From a virus: DNA of 64,000 nt. The position numbers and the translations under genes are program-made. Shown here in pieces: positions 9,786 to 18,019 of this stretch (position 1 is its first letter; the number at the start of each line of letters is the position of its first letter). The DNA is taken from IMG/VR virus record IMGVR_UViG_3300043446_002337, positions 1-64,000 of that record. The stretch is one strand, 5' to 3'. The notes beneath the pieces were generated by a model that was given only the letters and a program-made list of their open reading frames with translations, ran no database searches and had not been told where the DNA came from.

Positions 9786-10762
9786 TGGAATACAAAAGTT
9801 TTTTTAATTTTGAACGTCATCACCCACACGTTCGTCACGACCCCCACGGGTCTGAAGATGCGGATGTAAATAATGACGGAAAAGTTGATAAGAATGACAA
9901 GTATATTATGGCAAAACGTCGTTTATATAGGCAGTACCAGGCAGCACAACAAAACAAAAAAGAAACAGATTTTTCTACACCGAAGTTGGAGAATAACATG
10001 ATTAGATTAACAGGATTAGTTGACTTGACCCCACTTAAAGAAGAAGAAAAGTGGATTCAAAAGGCAATTGAAAAGCCAGGTGCACTCCACAAGCAACTCG
10101 GTGTACCAGCAGACGAAAAGATACCCGCTGGTAAGTTAGCCGCAGCAGCAGAAAAGGGTGGCAAACTTGGAAAGCGTGCTCGTCTTGCACAAACCTTGAA
10201 GAAACTCAAGGAAATGCAAATGGACCCAGAACAAGAAAAGAAGGTTGATGAACTTCTTGCACAATATGAAGAATTGACTGCAAAACAAAAGCAACTTGAC
10301 GTTGATAAGGATGGTAAGATTGAAGGTGATGACCTTGCCAAACTTCGTGCAGATAAAAAGACTGATGAAGGTATGGGAGAAGACCACGAAGTTTCAATGG
10401 CACAATCCACTCTTGACTCTATCATCAGACACGCAACTGAATTAAAGGGTAAGGTTGGTATGCAAGAAAAAGACCTTCCTGGTTGGATTCAAGACCATAT
10501 CACCAATGCAGAAAATTATATCGACCAAGCAAATACTGGATATCACGAATACGAACAAGAAAAGGAAATGGAAAAGACTGATATGCCAGTTGACCAAGAT
10601 ATGGCAGCAATGAAAGAAATCAATGAAGCCGCACCGGAAGGTTGGGAAAAGACGGTTCTTGCTATGAAAAAGCACAAGGAAATTGATAATCCTTGGGCAC
10701 TTGCACATTGGATGAAGAAGAAGGGATATCACCAACATAAGAAAGAAGAAGGGAAAGAATAA
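9785..10762 (+). CDS. Modular putative internal head polyprotein with two EF-hand/dockerin-like DxDxDG loops
   Basis: DVNNDGKVDKND and DVDKDGKIEGDD; further modules KWIQKAIEKPGALH..., DHEVSMAQ...PGWIQDHI and PEGWEKTV...NPWALAHW, separated by LKE/INE-type sites. Confidence 0.6.
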   Translation: MEYKSFFNFERHHPHVRHDPHGSEDADVNNDGKVDKNDKYIMAKRRLYRQYQAAQQNKKETDFSTPKLENNMIRLTGLVDLTPLKEEEKWIQKAIEKPGALHKQLGVPADEKIPAGKLAAAAEKGGKLGKRARLAQTLKKLKEMQMDPEQEKKVDELLAQYEELTAKQKQLDVDKDGKIEGDDLAKLRADKKTDEGMGEDHEVSMAQSTLDSIIRHATELKGKVGMQEKDLPGWIQDHITNAENYIDQANTGYHEYEQEKEMEKTDMPVDQDMAAMKEINEAAPEGWEKTVLAMKKHKEIDNPWALAHWMKKKGYHQHKKEEGKE

Positions 10763-11124
10763 TGGAACCCGTTGTCAAGTTCATCTCTATTCTCCTTTCC
10801 AGTAGAGAACAAGCACATATCTTTCATCTCCAAACCCCATCGTATGCCCAACATAAGGCATTACAAGGGTACTACGAAGATATTGTGGACTTAGTGGACA
10901 CATATGTAGAAGCATATCAAGGTCGTTATGGTATCATCAAGGGATATAAGCCAAGTAATACCATCCTTGAAGATGATTCGACCGTAAGTTATTTTATGGG
11001 ACTTCAAAAGTTTGTGGATGAAACCCGTCGTCAACTCCCACAAGACGGTGAATTAAATAATACGATTGACGAAATCTCAGGACTTATTTCTTCGACCATC
11101 TATAAGTTAAAGTTCTTAAAGTAA
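10762..11124 (+). CDS. Ferritin/Dps-like four-helix bundle protein (DUF5856-like)
   Basis: HIFHLQT-SYAQHKALQGYYEDI-DLVD-YVE, a pattern resembling Dps ferroxidase ligands. Confidence 0.7.
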   Translation: MEPVVKFISILLSSREQAHIFHLQTPSYAQHKALQGYYEDIVDLVDTYVEAYQGRYGIIKGYKPSNTILEDDSTVSYFMGLQKFVDETRRQLPQDGELNNTIDEISGLISSTIYKLKFLK

Positions 11125-11125
11125 T

Positions 11126-11431
11126 ATGAAATACAGAGACTTTTTTCCAGAAGGATATTCTGATGGGGCAGTATTTAACCAAACTAAAAAAGATTTTGGT
11201 CAAGAAGCACCAGAGAAAATGCCTGTTACGGATCCACAAGATTTAGCAATTCGTAGTACACGTATTAGTGATATTTTAGAAAGAAATACTCCAACCAGTC
11301 CCGACAAGTGGGCAAAGGCAAAGGCAGCAGCACGAGCCAAGTTCAAGGTTTATCCATCCGCATACGCTAACTTATGGGCAGCAAAGAAGTACAAGAGTAT
11401 GGGTGGTGGGTGGAAGAAAGGAAAGAAATGA
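11126..11431 (+). CDS. Small basic putative internal head protein
   Basis: N-terminus MKYRDFFPE resembles a capsid-targeting sequence; a basic module follows ILE (KFKVYPSAYANLWAAKKYK...GGGW). Confidence 0.65.
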   Translation: MKYRDFFPEGYSDGAVFNQTKKDFGQEAPEKMPVTDPQDLAIRSTRISDILERNTPTSPDKWAKAKAAARAKFKVYPSAYANLWAAKKYKSMGGGWKKGKK

Positions 11432-11763
11432 TTAAATTAGTTGATATAATACTTGAAGAAGTAGACTCCGACCAAAAAGAAATGGTTGATGGTATCGTTG
11501 ATATGCTTAATCAAGTCAAAGATATTAACAATAGAAAAGAAATGGCTTTAGATAGATTAAAAGATTTTAAAAAACAAAATATAAAAATTAATACAAAAGA
11601 TTTCTTACAAAAGAGTGGATTGGTTTCTATAGACGAAACCTGGACAAAAGAATATAAAAAATCTATCAACTGCAACAACCCCAAAGGTTTCAGTCAAAGA
11701 GCCCATTGCGCAGGACGAAGAAAACGGAAGCGTGGTGGTAAAACTAAATCTAAACCAGTATGA
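11428..11763 (+). CDS. Small putative internal head protein
   Basis: ATG at 11428 overlaps the upstream stop (ATGA); leader MIKLVDIILEE; basic C-terminal module WTKEYKKSINCNNPKGFSQRAHC follows IDE. Confidence 0.65.
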   Translation: MIKLVDIILEEVDSDQKEMVDGIVDMLNQVKDINNRKEMALDRLKDFKKQNIKINTKDFLQKSGLVSIDETWTKEYKKSINCNNPKGFSQRAHCAGRRKRKRGGKTKSKPV

Positions 11764-12092
11764 CACGATTCGCAGACTTACTTGTTGAAGTTTCTATCGA
11801 CCTTGACGAAAAATACCAAACCAAGGGTGAACTTGGAAAATGGATTCGTCAAAAGTGGGTAGATATTTCTAGAAAAGACCCAAAGACCGGCAAGCATCCA
11901 CCGTGTGGAGCTTCCGCTGGTAAGAAAGAACGAAAGGGTGGGTCATCAAAGTATCCAAAGTGTAGACCCGCCCGTTCCGCAGCAGCAATGAGTAAGGGTG
12001 AAAAACGGTCAGCAGTCACCAGAAAACGAAAGGCAGGAAATCCAGGCGGAAAACCAACGATGGTTTCGACCTTCAAGAAAAAGGAAGAATAA
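11760..12092 (+). CDS. Small basic putative internal head protein (DUF5872-like)
   Basis: Leader MTRFADLLVE...LDE; module LGKWIRQKWVD...PCG...YPKCRP. Confidence 0.65.
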   Translation: MTRFADLLVEVSIDLDEKYQTKGELGKWIRQKWVDISRKDPKTGKHPPCGASAGKKERKGGSSKYPKCRPARSAAAMSKGEKRSAVTRKRKAGNPGGKPTMVSTFKKKEE

Positions 12093-12093
12093 T

Positions 12094-12510
12094 ATGGAAC
12101 AAATGACTGAAGCATGTTGGGAAGGATATAAGCAAGTTGGAATGAAAGATAAGAGTGGTAAGATGGTTCCAAATTGCGTACCTATCAACGAAGATGATAT
12201 TATTGAAGAATATTGCCCGCGTTGTCTTGCAATGGAAATTATGCGTGCACAAGGTCAACCTCTTCAAGAAGCAGAATATCACGGTCGTAAGGTTCCTCTT
12301 GGTAAACCAATGCGTGGGGACGTAAAGAAGTTCAAAGTATTCGTCAAAGACCCATCATCTGGTAACATCAAAAAGGTCAACTTTGGTGACCCAAATATGA
12401 GAATCAAAAAGTCCAATCCAGCTCGTCGTCGTTCGTTTAGAGCACGTCATAATTGCGATAATCCAGGCCCACGTACCAAAGCTCGTTATTGGTCGTGCAG
12501 GAAGTGGTAA
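12094..12510 (+). CDS. Small basic two-module putative internal head protein
   Basis: ATG at 12094 lies just after the upstream stop; modules CWEGYKQVGMK...VPNCVP and (LQE)AEYHGRKV...VNFGDP...RRRSFRARHNC...ARYWSC. Confidence 0.65.
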   Translation: MEQMTEACWEGYKQVGMKDKSGKMVPNCVPINEDDIIEEYCPRCLAMEIMRAQGQPLQEAEYHGRKVPLGKPMRGDVKKFKVFVKDPSSGNIKKVNFGDPNMRIKKSNPARRRSFRARHNCDNPGPRTKARYWSCRKW

Positions 12511-12511
12511 T

Positions 12512-12820
12512 ATGAAAGTTTCCAGAAAGATATCAGACGCTATTATGAAAAAGATGGGATATAAGTTCAGTCCCGACGAATTTCATATGGGTATGAATGT
12601 AGAAATGGAACATCAAGATGTGACTAATGGAAATGTGGTAAAAACCGCAAAAATAGCGGCCGCACACTTGACAGAGAAACCAAACTATTATACATTATTA
12701 AAGAAGTACGTGGAAAAGAAAAAAGATGAACAACTCGTAGGACCTGGTGGAGCAATCAATGCCGCACCAAAACCACAAGATGTTAAAAAAATGCGTAAAG
12801 CATTAGATTCGGAGAAATAA
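12512..12820 (+). CDS. DUF5661-like protein
   Basis: GMNVEMEH...AKIAAAHLTEKPNYYTLL motif. Confidence 0.65.
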   Translation: MKVSRKISDAIMKKMGYKFSPDEFHMGMNVEMEHQDVTNGNVVKTAKIAAAHLTEKPNYYTLLKKYVEKKKDEQLVGPGGAINAAPKPQDVKKMRKALDSEK

Positions 12821-12821
12821 G

Positions 12822-13160
12822 ATGGCTCAATTAAAAGATTTACTCAATGAAGTCACAAGTCAAGTTCCACGTAGAGTTCAATTGATGCGTGTAGAAGCCG
12901 TATTGGAAAATCTCGCACCACAACTAAAAGAAGCAGACCAAAAGAAACTTGCTGAAATTTACGTTGAATTAAAACAATTAGCAGAAATGCTTAATTCTAC
13001 CCCATATACTATTTTTAATGCGGACCAATGGGGTCTATTAGAAATGGTATTGAAGGGGAAGGTAGCAGAATTTAAACTCGTTGCAGAAGATATCGCAGAA
13101 GATAATAAAGATGTCGATTGCTGGCCATTGGCAACAGCACTTGACACCGTACTCATTTAA
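12822..13160 (+). CDS. Hypothetical helical protein with capsid-targeting-like leader
   Basis: N-terminus MAQLKDLLNE; GGAG SD; directly upstream of the portal gene. Confidence 0.6.
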   Translation: MAQLKDLLNEVTSQVPRRVQLMRVEAVLENLAPQLKEADQKKLAEIYVELKQLAEMLNSTPYTIFNADQWGLLEMVLKGKVAEFKLVAEDIAEDNKDVDCWPLATALDTVLI

Positions 13161-13170
13161 GTGAGGGGTT

Positions 13171-15081
13171 ATGGCAGATACTAGTATATACAGTCGCCTA
13201 CGGAAACTGTTTTCTACAAATACAGTTGTTCGAAATGTAGGTGGAAAGAAGTTAAAGGTAACCGATACCGACAATATCCAGTCGTTTATTAATAGACGCG
13301 GTATTGATCGGTTCCATCGTGTTTACTCATCAATGACAGGTGGATATGGTGCAGCGGGTGGTCGTTACGAATCTGCTGCAGCGTTCCAAGGGTCACGATT
13401 ACAATTGTTCCGTGACTATGACATGATGGATAATGACCCAATTATTTCATCTGTAATGGACATCTACGCCGATGAATCAACTGTAAAAGACGAATTCGGT
13501 CAAATACTTAGTATCCGTTCAAAAAACCAACAAATTCAAGATATTCTCCATAATTTATTCTATGATGTATTGAATGTAGAATTCAATCTCTGGCCATGGG
13601 TCAGAAACATGGCTAAGTATGGGGACTTTTTCTTATTCCTAGATATTGACGAACAATACGGAGTAGTAAACGTCATACCTCTTTCTGTATATGAAACTAT
13701 CCGTGTTGAAGGACAAGACCCAGGCAATCCATTTTCAGTTAAATTTAAAGTTGAAAACGATTTCTTAGCCTTAGGTAAAAAAGAATTTGATAATTACGAA
13801 GTAGCACACTTTAGACTTCTTTCTGATACCAACTTCCTTCCATATGGTAAGAGTATGGTCGAAGGTGGTCGTCGTGTTTGGAAGCAACTCCAATTGATGG
13901 AAGATGCGATGTTGATTCATCGTATTATGAGAGCACCAGACAAACGAAAGGTATTAGTAGACGTAGGTAATATTCCACCTGCAGAAATTGATACGCATAT
14001 GCAACGTATCATTGACCGTATGAAAAAGATACCGTTGGTGGACCCAAAGACTGGTGATTATAACCTTCGTTACAATATGATGAACATTACGGAAGATTTC
14101 TATCTTCCAGTTCGTGGTAAGGATTCTGGAACAGATATTACGAATCTTCCAGGCCTTCAATTCAATGCAATCGAAGACATTGAATACCTTCGTAACAAAT
14201 TAATGGCAGCGTTTAAGGTACCGAAGTCATTCCTTGGGTACGAAGAAGATAATAGTGGGAAGGCATCGTTGGCAGCACAAGACGTTCGATTCGCACGTAC
14301 TATTGAACGTATCCAACGTATTATGGTGTCAGAACTTACCAAGATTGCGATCATTCATTTATATGTTCAAGGATTTACTGACGAAGATTTAATTGATTTT
14401 GAACTTGAAATGACTTCACCATCTGTCATTTACGAACAAGAAAAACTCAATCTTTGGAAGGAAAAGATTACCTTGGCGAAGGATATCGCAGACAGTAAGT
14501 TCTTATCACGTGACTGGATTTACCACAACATCCTTCAGGTTGCCGAAGATGATGCAAAGAGAGAACAAGAACTAGTAGTTAAGGATGTTGAATGGATAGG
14601 TAAGGCAGAAGCAGCACAACAACAAGCTTCACAACCACAACAACCACAAGCTGGTCCAGAAGGACAACCAGCAGAACCTAGTGCGGAACAACCAGCAGAA
14701 CCTAGCGCGGAACAACCGACAGATACAGAACCAGAAAAATTAGATACCGTAGATGCGGTGTTGGCGTCTATAGATGATTTACCTACCGAAGATGAATCAG
14801 AAACAACTGATGAAGAATTAGAAGAAGCAAAGATGGGTCGTCCACGTACTGGAATGTCTTACGGTCAAGATAGTCATCCAAGAGGGCGTGACCCACTTGG
14901 TCACAAAGAAAACTTGGGTGCATTAACTGTAAGAAAACTACGTAATGACAAACGAAAGTCATCTTTATCCTTAGAAAACCACGAAGTTTCAACACTTATT
15001 AAACAACTAAACGCTCATAAAATCGCACCAGAAACCTCTAGTATCCTAAACGAAGAAAATATCTTAGACATAGAAAACTAA
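13171..15081 (+). CDS. gp20: Portal vertex protein (T4 gp20-like) with an acidic, low-complexity C-terminal extension
   Basis: LMEDAMLIHRIMRAPDKR-VDVGNIP, EDFYLPVRG, GTDITNLPG and IEDIEYLRNKL, which are conserved T4-type portal motifs. Confidence 0.95.
   Translation: MADTSIYSRLRKLFSTNTVVRNVGGKKLKVTDTDNIQSFINRRGIDRFHRVYSSMTGGYGAAGGRYESAAAFQGSRLQLFRDYDMMDNDPIISSVMDIYADESTVKDEFGQILSIRSKNQQIQDILHNLFYDVLNVEFNLWPWVRNMAKYGDFFLFLDIDEQYGVVNVIPLSVYETIRVEGQDPGNPFSVKFKVENDFLALGKKEFDNYEVAHFRLLSDTNFLPYGKSMVEGGRRVWKQLQLMEDAMLIHRIMRAPDKRKVLVDVGNIPPAEIDTHMQRIIDRMKKIPLVDPKTGDYNLRYNMMNITEDFYLPVRGKDSGTDITNLPGLQFNAIEDIEYLRNKLMAAFKVPKSFLGYEEDNSGKASLAAQDVRFARTIERIQRIMVSELTKIAIIHLYVQGFTDEDLIDFELEMTSPSVIYEQEKLNLWKEKITLAKDIADSKFLSRDWIYHNILQVAEDDAKREQELVVKDVEWIGKAEAAQQQASQPQQPQAGPEGQPAEPSAEQPAEPSAEQPTDTEPEKLDTVDAVLASIDDLPTEDESETTDEELEEAKMGRPRTGMSYGQDSHPRGRDPLGHKENLGALTVRKLRNDKRKSSLSLENHEVSTLIKQLNAHKIAPETSSILNEENILDIEN
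14664..14717 (+). repeat. 24-nt tandem repeat (2.25 copies) in the portal C-terminal tail, encoding QPAEPSAE
   Basis: acaaccagcagaacctag(t/c)gcgga twice, plus acaacc. Confidence 0.85.
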
Positions 15082-15101
15082 CGAAGTGGGAATTATCATA
15101 C

Positions 15102-15128
15102 TATTTAATATATGATAAGGTATTTATT
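15102..15128 (+). promoter_or_regulatory. Two putative late promoter motifs (TATTTAAT at 15102, TATTTATT at 15121)
   Basis: Recurring motif in the spacer downstream of the portal gene. Confidence 0.45.
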
Positions 15129-15148
15129 CACTTATGGCGGATTATCTT

Positions 15149-16021
15149 ATGAAATCTAGTATTAAGCATAATAAGTTGAGAAACACCGGTATCCTTTTTG
15201 AATTGTTGGTCCGTCAAATCACCTCAGATGTGATGGAAAACAAAAAGGACGGAGCAGCAGTCAGATTAATGCGTGAATTCTTCAATTCCAAGAAAGAATT
15301 GGGGAAGGAATTGATGTTATATCGTGCATTCTTCAACGTCCAAAATTTATCGGAACAAAAGGCATTCCAACTATTAAAGTTAGTCACTGAACAACGAAAG
15401 AATCTTGACCAACACGTGTTGGACACTCAAAAATATCTTTTAATTAAAGAAATTAAAAAGAACTTTGATTTAAAAGAATTCTTCTCAGCTCGTATTCCGT
15501 CGTATAAAATATACGCGTCTATCTACAAGAGTTTTGATGCGGCAGTTAACGGTATCAACGATACTACTACGATTGAAGAACTAGCAAATAGTCAATTTAC
15601 CATTGTAGAACATCTTTCTGGTAAAGTTCTTACAAAAGAAATCAAGGAACATAACGAATTAGCTTCCATCGTTCGTAGTCAAGATGATGATATTCGTTTC
15701 CTTTCATATAAGATTTTAATTGAACGTTTTAATGAAAAGTATAAGGGATTGGACGAAGCTCAAAAGAAACTTCTCCAAGAATACATTTATAATATTTCAA
15801 ATACATCTAAGTTAAAGACATATACCCAAGGTGAAAGTCGCAGATTAGCAAAAGAAATTGCGCAACGTAGTAAGAAAGTTTCAGATAAGGTAGTTCGTAT
15901 TAAGTTATCTGAAGTCGTTTCTCAATTACAAAAGGTACAAACTGCTGTTGTGATTAAAGAAAACCACATGACCGCGATGTTAATCGGGTATGAAATCCTT
16001 AAGGAGCTTAAGTCATTATGA
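15149..16021 (+). CDS. Hypothetical head-module protein (about 290 aa)
   Basis: Helical protein beginning KHNKLRNTGILFELLVRQIT, between portal and protease; the start could be 15134 or 15149. Confidence 0.65.
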   Translation: MKSSIKHNKLRNTGILFELLVRQITSDVMENKKDGAAVRLMREFFNSKKELGKELMLYRAFFNVQNLSEQKAFQLLKLVTEQRKNLDQHVLDTQKYLLIKEIKKNFDLKEFFSARIPSYKIYASIYKSFDAAVNGINDTTTIEELANSQFTIVEHLSGKVLTKEIKEHNELASIVRSQDDDIRFLSYKILIERFNEKYKGLDEAQKKLLQEYIYNISNTSKLKTYTQGESRRLAKEIAQRSKKVSDKVVRIKLSEVVSQLQKVQTAVVIKENHMTAMLIGYEILKELKSL

Positions 16022-16506
16022 CCAACGAAGAAAAACTCCGTGCCCTTGTACGTAAGATATTACAAGAAGAATTAGACGAAATGACCACCACGGGTAACGT
16101 GGCAGGATATAATATCCCTATGGCATTTCAAGGAAATAGTGCAAAAAATAAGGCACGAAAGAAGGGAATTGCAACTCAACTTGGGATGCAACTCACTCCA
16201 CGTGGTCAACAAGACATGAATCGCCCGGCAGATAAATTAGAAAATATTGCAGAAGCTAAGATGCGGTATCACGAATATAAGAAGGATGAAAGTGCATCAC
16301 CAACCCAAAAAATTGCAAAGGCAATCTCAGAAGTTAATCGTAATCTTCAAGAAATGGAACGAGTTATTCGTATGAACACTCGTTTACAAAAAGAATCTGG
16401 AGTTGCAAGTGAAGCCCTTTATAACCGTACTAAACAAGGACTTTTAAAATTGGAAGCACGGTTACTTCACCTCGCCGGAAAAGTTCGGGATATCAGAGGA
16501 AAGTAA
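16018..16506 (+). CDS. Hypothetical prohead core/internal protein
   Basis: AAGGAG SD; leader ...KILQEELDE|MTTTGNVAGY; coiled-coil C-terminus. Confidence 0.6.
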   Translation: MTNEEKLRALVRKILQEELDEMTTTGNVAGYNIPMAFQGNSAKNKARKKGIATQLGMQLTPRGQQDMNRPADKLENIAEAKMRYHEYKKDESASPTQKIAKAISEVNRNLQEMERVIRMNTRLQKESGVASEALYNRTKQGLLKLEARLLHLAGKVRDIRGK

Positions 16507-16507
16507 T

Positions 16508-17095
16508 ATGAAGAATTTATTAGTTGAATATAATGTTATTGAATATGGAAAAGACCTTCTTGCAGAAGCGGCAGATGTTACTAAACCGTTAATGTTAAAG
16601 AATGTTTTACTCCAACGTGCTGAAGCAAAGAATCAAAACGGACGTATTTACCCACGTGAAATTCTTCAACGTGAAGCTGGTTTGTATAAAGAAAACTTTG
16701 TTGCACAACGTAGAGCACTTGGTGAACTTGACCATCCAGAAAGTCCAGTTGTTAACTTAAAGAATGTATGTTGCAATGTTACCGAACTTTGGTTTGAAGG
16801 TCAAGATGTTCGTGGTAATATTGAAATTCTCTCTACACCATCTGGTAACATTGTTCGTGAACTCATCAAGAATAACATTCGTCTTGGTGTATCGTCACGT
16901 GGTATGGGGTCAGTTCGTCAAATGGGTGAAAGTACTGTAGAAGTCCAAGACGATTTTAGTCTTATCTGCTTTGATATCGTCAGTAATCCAAGTACCCACG
17001 GAGCATTCATCAACGAAAGTAAAAAGACACAACTCGTTACTCCGTATTCACGTATCGATTCACTCGTATACGACTTCTTAAGTGAAATAAAATGA
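16508..17095 (+). CDS. gp21: Prohead maturation protease (T4 gp21-like)
   Basis: NQNGRIYP, ALGELDHP (catalytic His), GVSSRGMGS (catalytic Ser) and FDIVSNPS. Confidence 0.95.
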   Translation: MKNLLVEYNVIEYGKDLLAEAADVTKPLMLKNVLLQRAEAKNQNGRIYPREILQREAGLYKENFVAQRRALGELDHPESPVVNLKNVCCNVTELWFEGQDVRGNIEILSTPSGNIVRELIKNNIRLGVSSRGMGSVRQMGESTVEVQDDFSLICFDIVSNPSTHGAFINESKKTQLVTPYSRIDSLVYDFLSEIK

Positions 17096-17655
17096 AATTA
17101 GCGAAGGAATTTGTTAAGTTCACCGTTAAAGAATTAGGATTAAAATCATTACCCAAGAGCATCAAGTTTGAGGGTGATGATTATTCTGCCCAACATTTAA
17201 CATTTGGAACATACAATCCTTCTACTGATGAAATCGTTGTCGTCAAAGGTCAACGTCATCCCATTGATGTCCTTCGTACATTAGCACATGAATTGGTCCA
17301 CCACAAACAACGAGAAGATGGTCAAGAACTTAACGGTGAAGATGGGTCCAATACAGAAAACGAAGCAAATGCAAAAGCGGGTGAATTAATGAGAAAGTTT
17401 AGAACAGTTCGTCCAGAAATATTTAACGTGGGCCCATGGGGATTTCATACCAATATGGAAGGAAAAGTTCAATCTTTATTAAATGTAGCAAAGACAGGAA
17501 CCCCAACAAAGATTGAAGAAACATACATAGACCAATATACAGCAAAATTATTAATCACTGTAGCACACAATTTATCTCCAGAAAATAGAAAGAAATTTTA
17601 TAACGAATCTATCAATAAAATGGTAGAATTAGCATATCAATTAGTTACTCGGTAA
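17092..17655 (+). CDS. Zincin-like metallopeptidase domain protein
   Basis: RTLAHELVHHKQ (HExxH) with a downstream ENEANAKAG third-ligand motif. Confidence 0.75.
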   Translation: MKLAKEFVKFTVKELGLKSLPKSIKFEGDDYSAQHLTFGTYNPSTDEIVVVKGQRHPIDVLRTLAHELVHHKQREDGQELNGEDGSNTENEANAKAGELMRKFRTVRPEIFNVGPWGFHTNMEGKVQSLLNVAKTGTPTKIEETYIDQYTAKLLITVAHNLSPENRKKFYNESINKMVELAYQLVTR

Positions 17656-17667
17656 AACGGAGGCAGT

Positions 17668-17886
17668 ATGTACGTAGAAGTCAAAGGTGATAAGCAGTCT
17701 GATTTAGAACGAGCACTCCAACAGTTCGTGAAACAAGTCAAGAAGGCCGAATTGATGGAAGATTTAAAGAAGAAAGAATTTTATTTGAAGAAGTCCAAGA
17801 GACTTCAAAAGAAAAGTCAAGATGCCCTCCGTCGTAGAAAACGCGAAGAGAGTAAGGCGCAGAAGAAAAACAATAATACGTTTTAA
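17668..17886 (+). CDS. rpsU: Phage-encoded ribosomal protein bS21
   Basis: 72 aa and basic; V-V...LERAL-F-KQVKK...L-DLKKKEFY-K-S...RRRK matches the bS21 profile; GGAGG SD. Confidence 0.88.
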   Translation: MYVEVKGDKQSDLERALQQFVKQVKKAELMEDLKKKEFYLKKSKRLQKKSQDALRRRKREESKAQKKNNNTF

Positions 17887-17921
17887 TTAAAAATTGATGT
17901 TTTTAAAAAAATAGTAATATA

Positions 17922-17950
17922 TATTTAATAGTACACCTCATTTGGGGTGT
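17922..17950 (+). promoter_or_regulatory. Putative late promoter motif TATTTAAT followed by a leader hairpin (acacctc-attt-ggggtgt)
   Basis: Motif at 17922 and inverted repeat at 17933-17950, in the 133-nt spacer before the scaffold gene. Confidence 0.45.
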
Positions 17951-18019
17951 GATTTTGTTGTATATATACTCTATAGTGACTTGTAATAGTCATTTTAATT
18001 CTCATAGGAGAGAAACTTT

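Noticed and set aside
17887-18019. A tRNA or known ncRNA in the larger spacers (also 20907-21029)
   Set aside because: There is no cloverleaf or T-loop (GTTCRA) signature, only short hairpins and a terminator.
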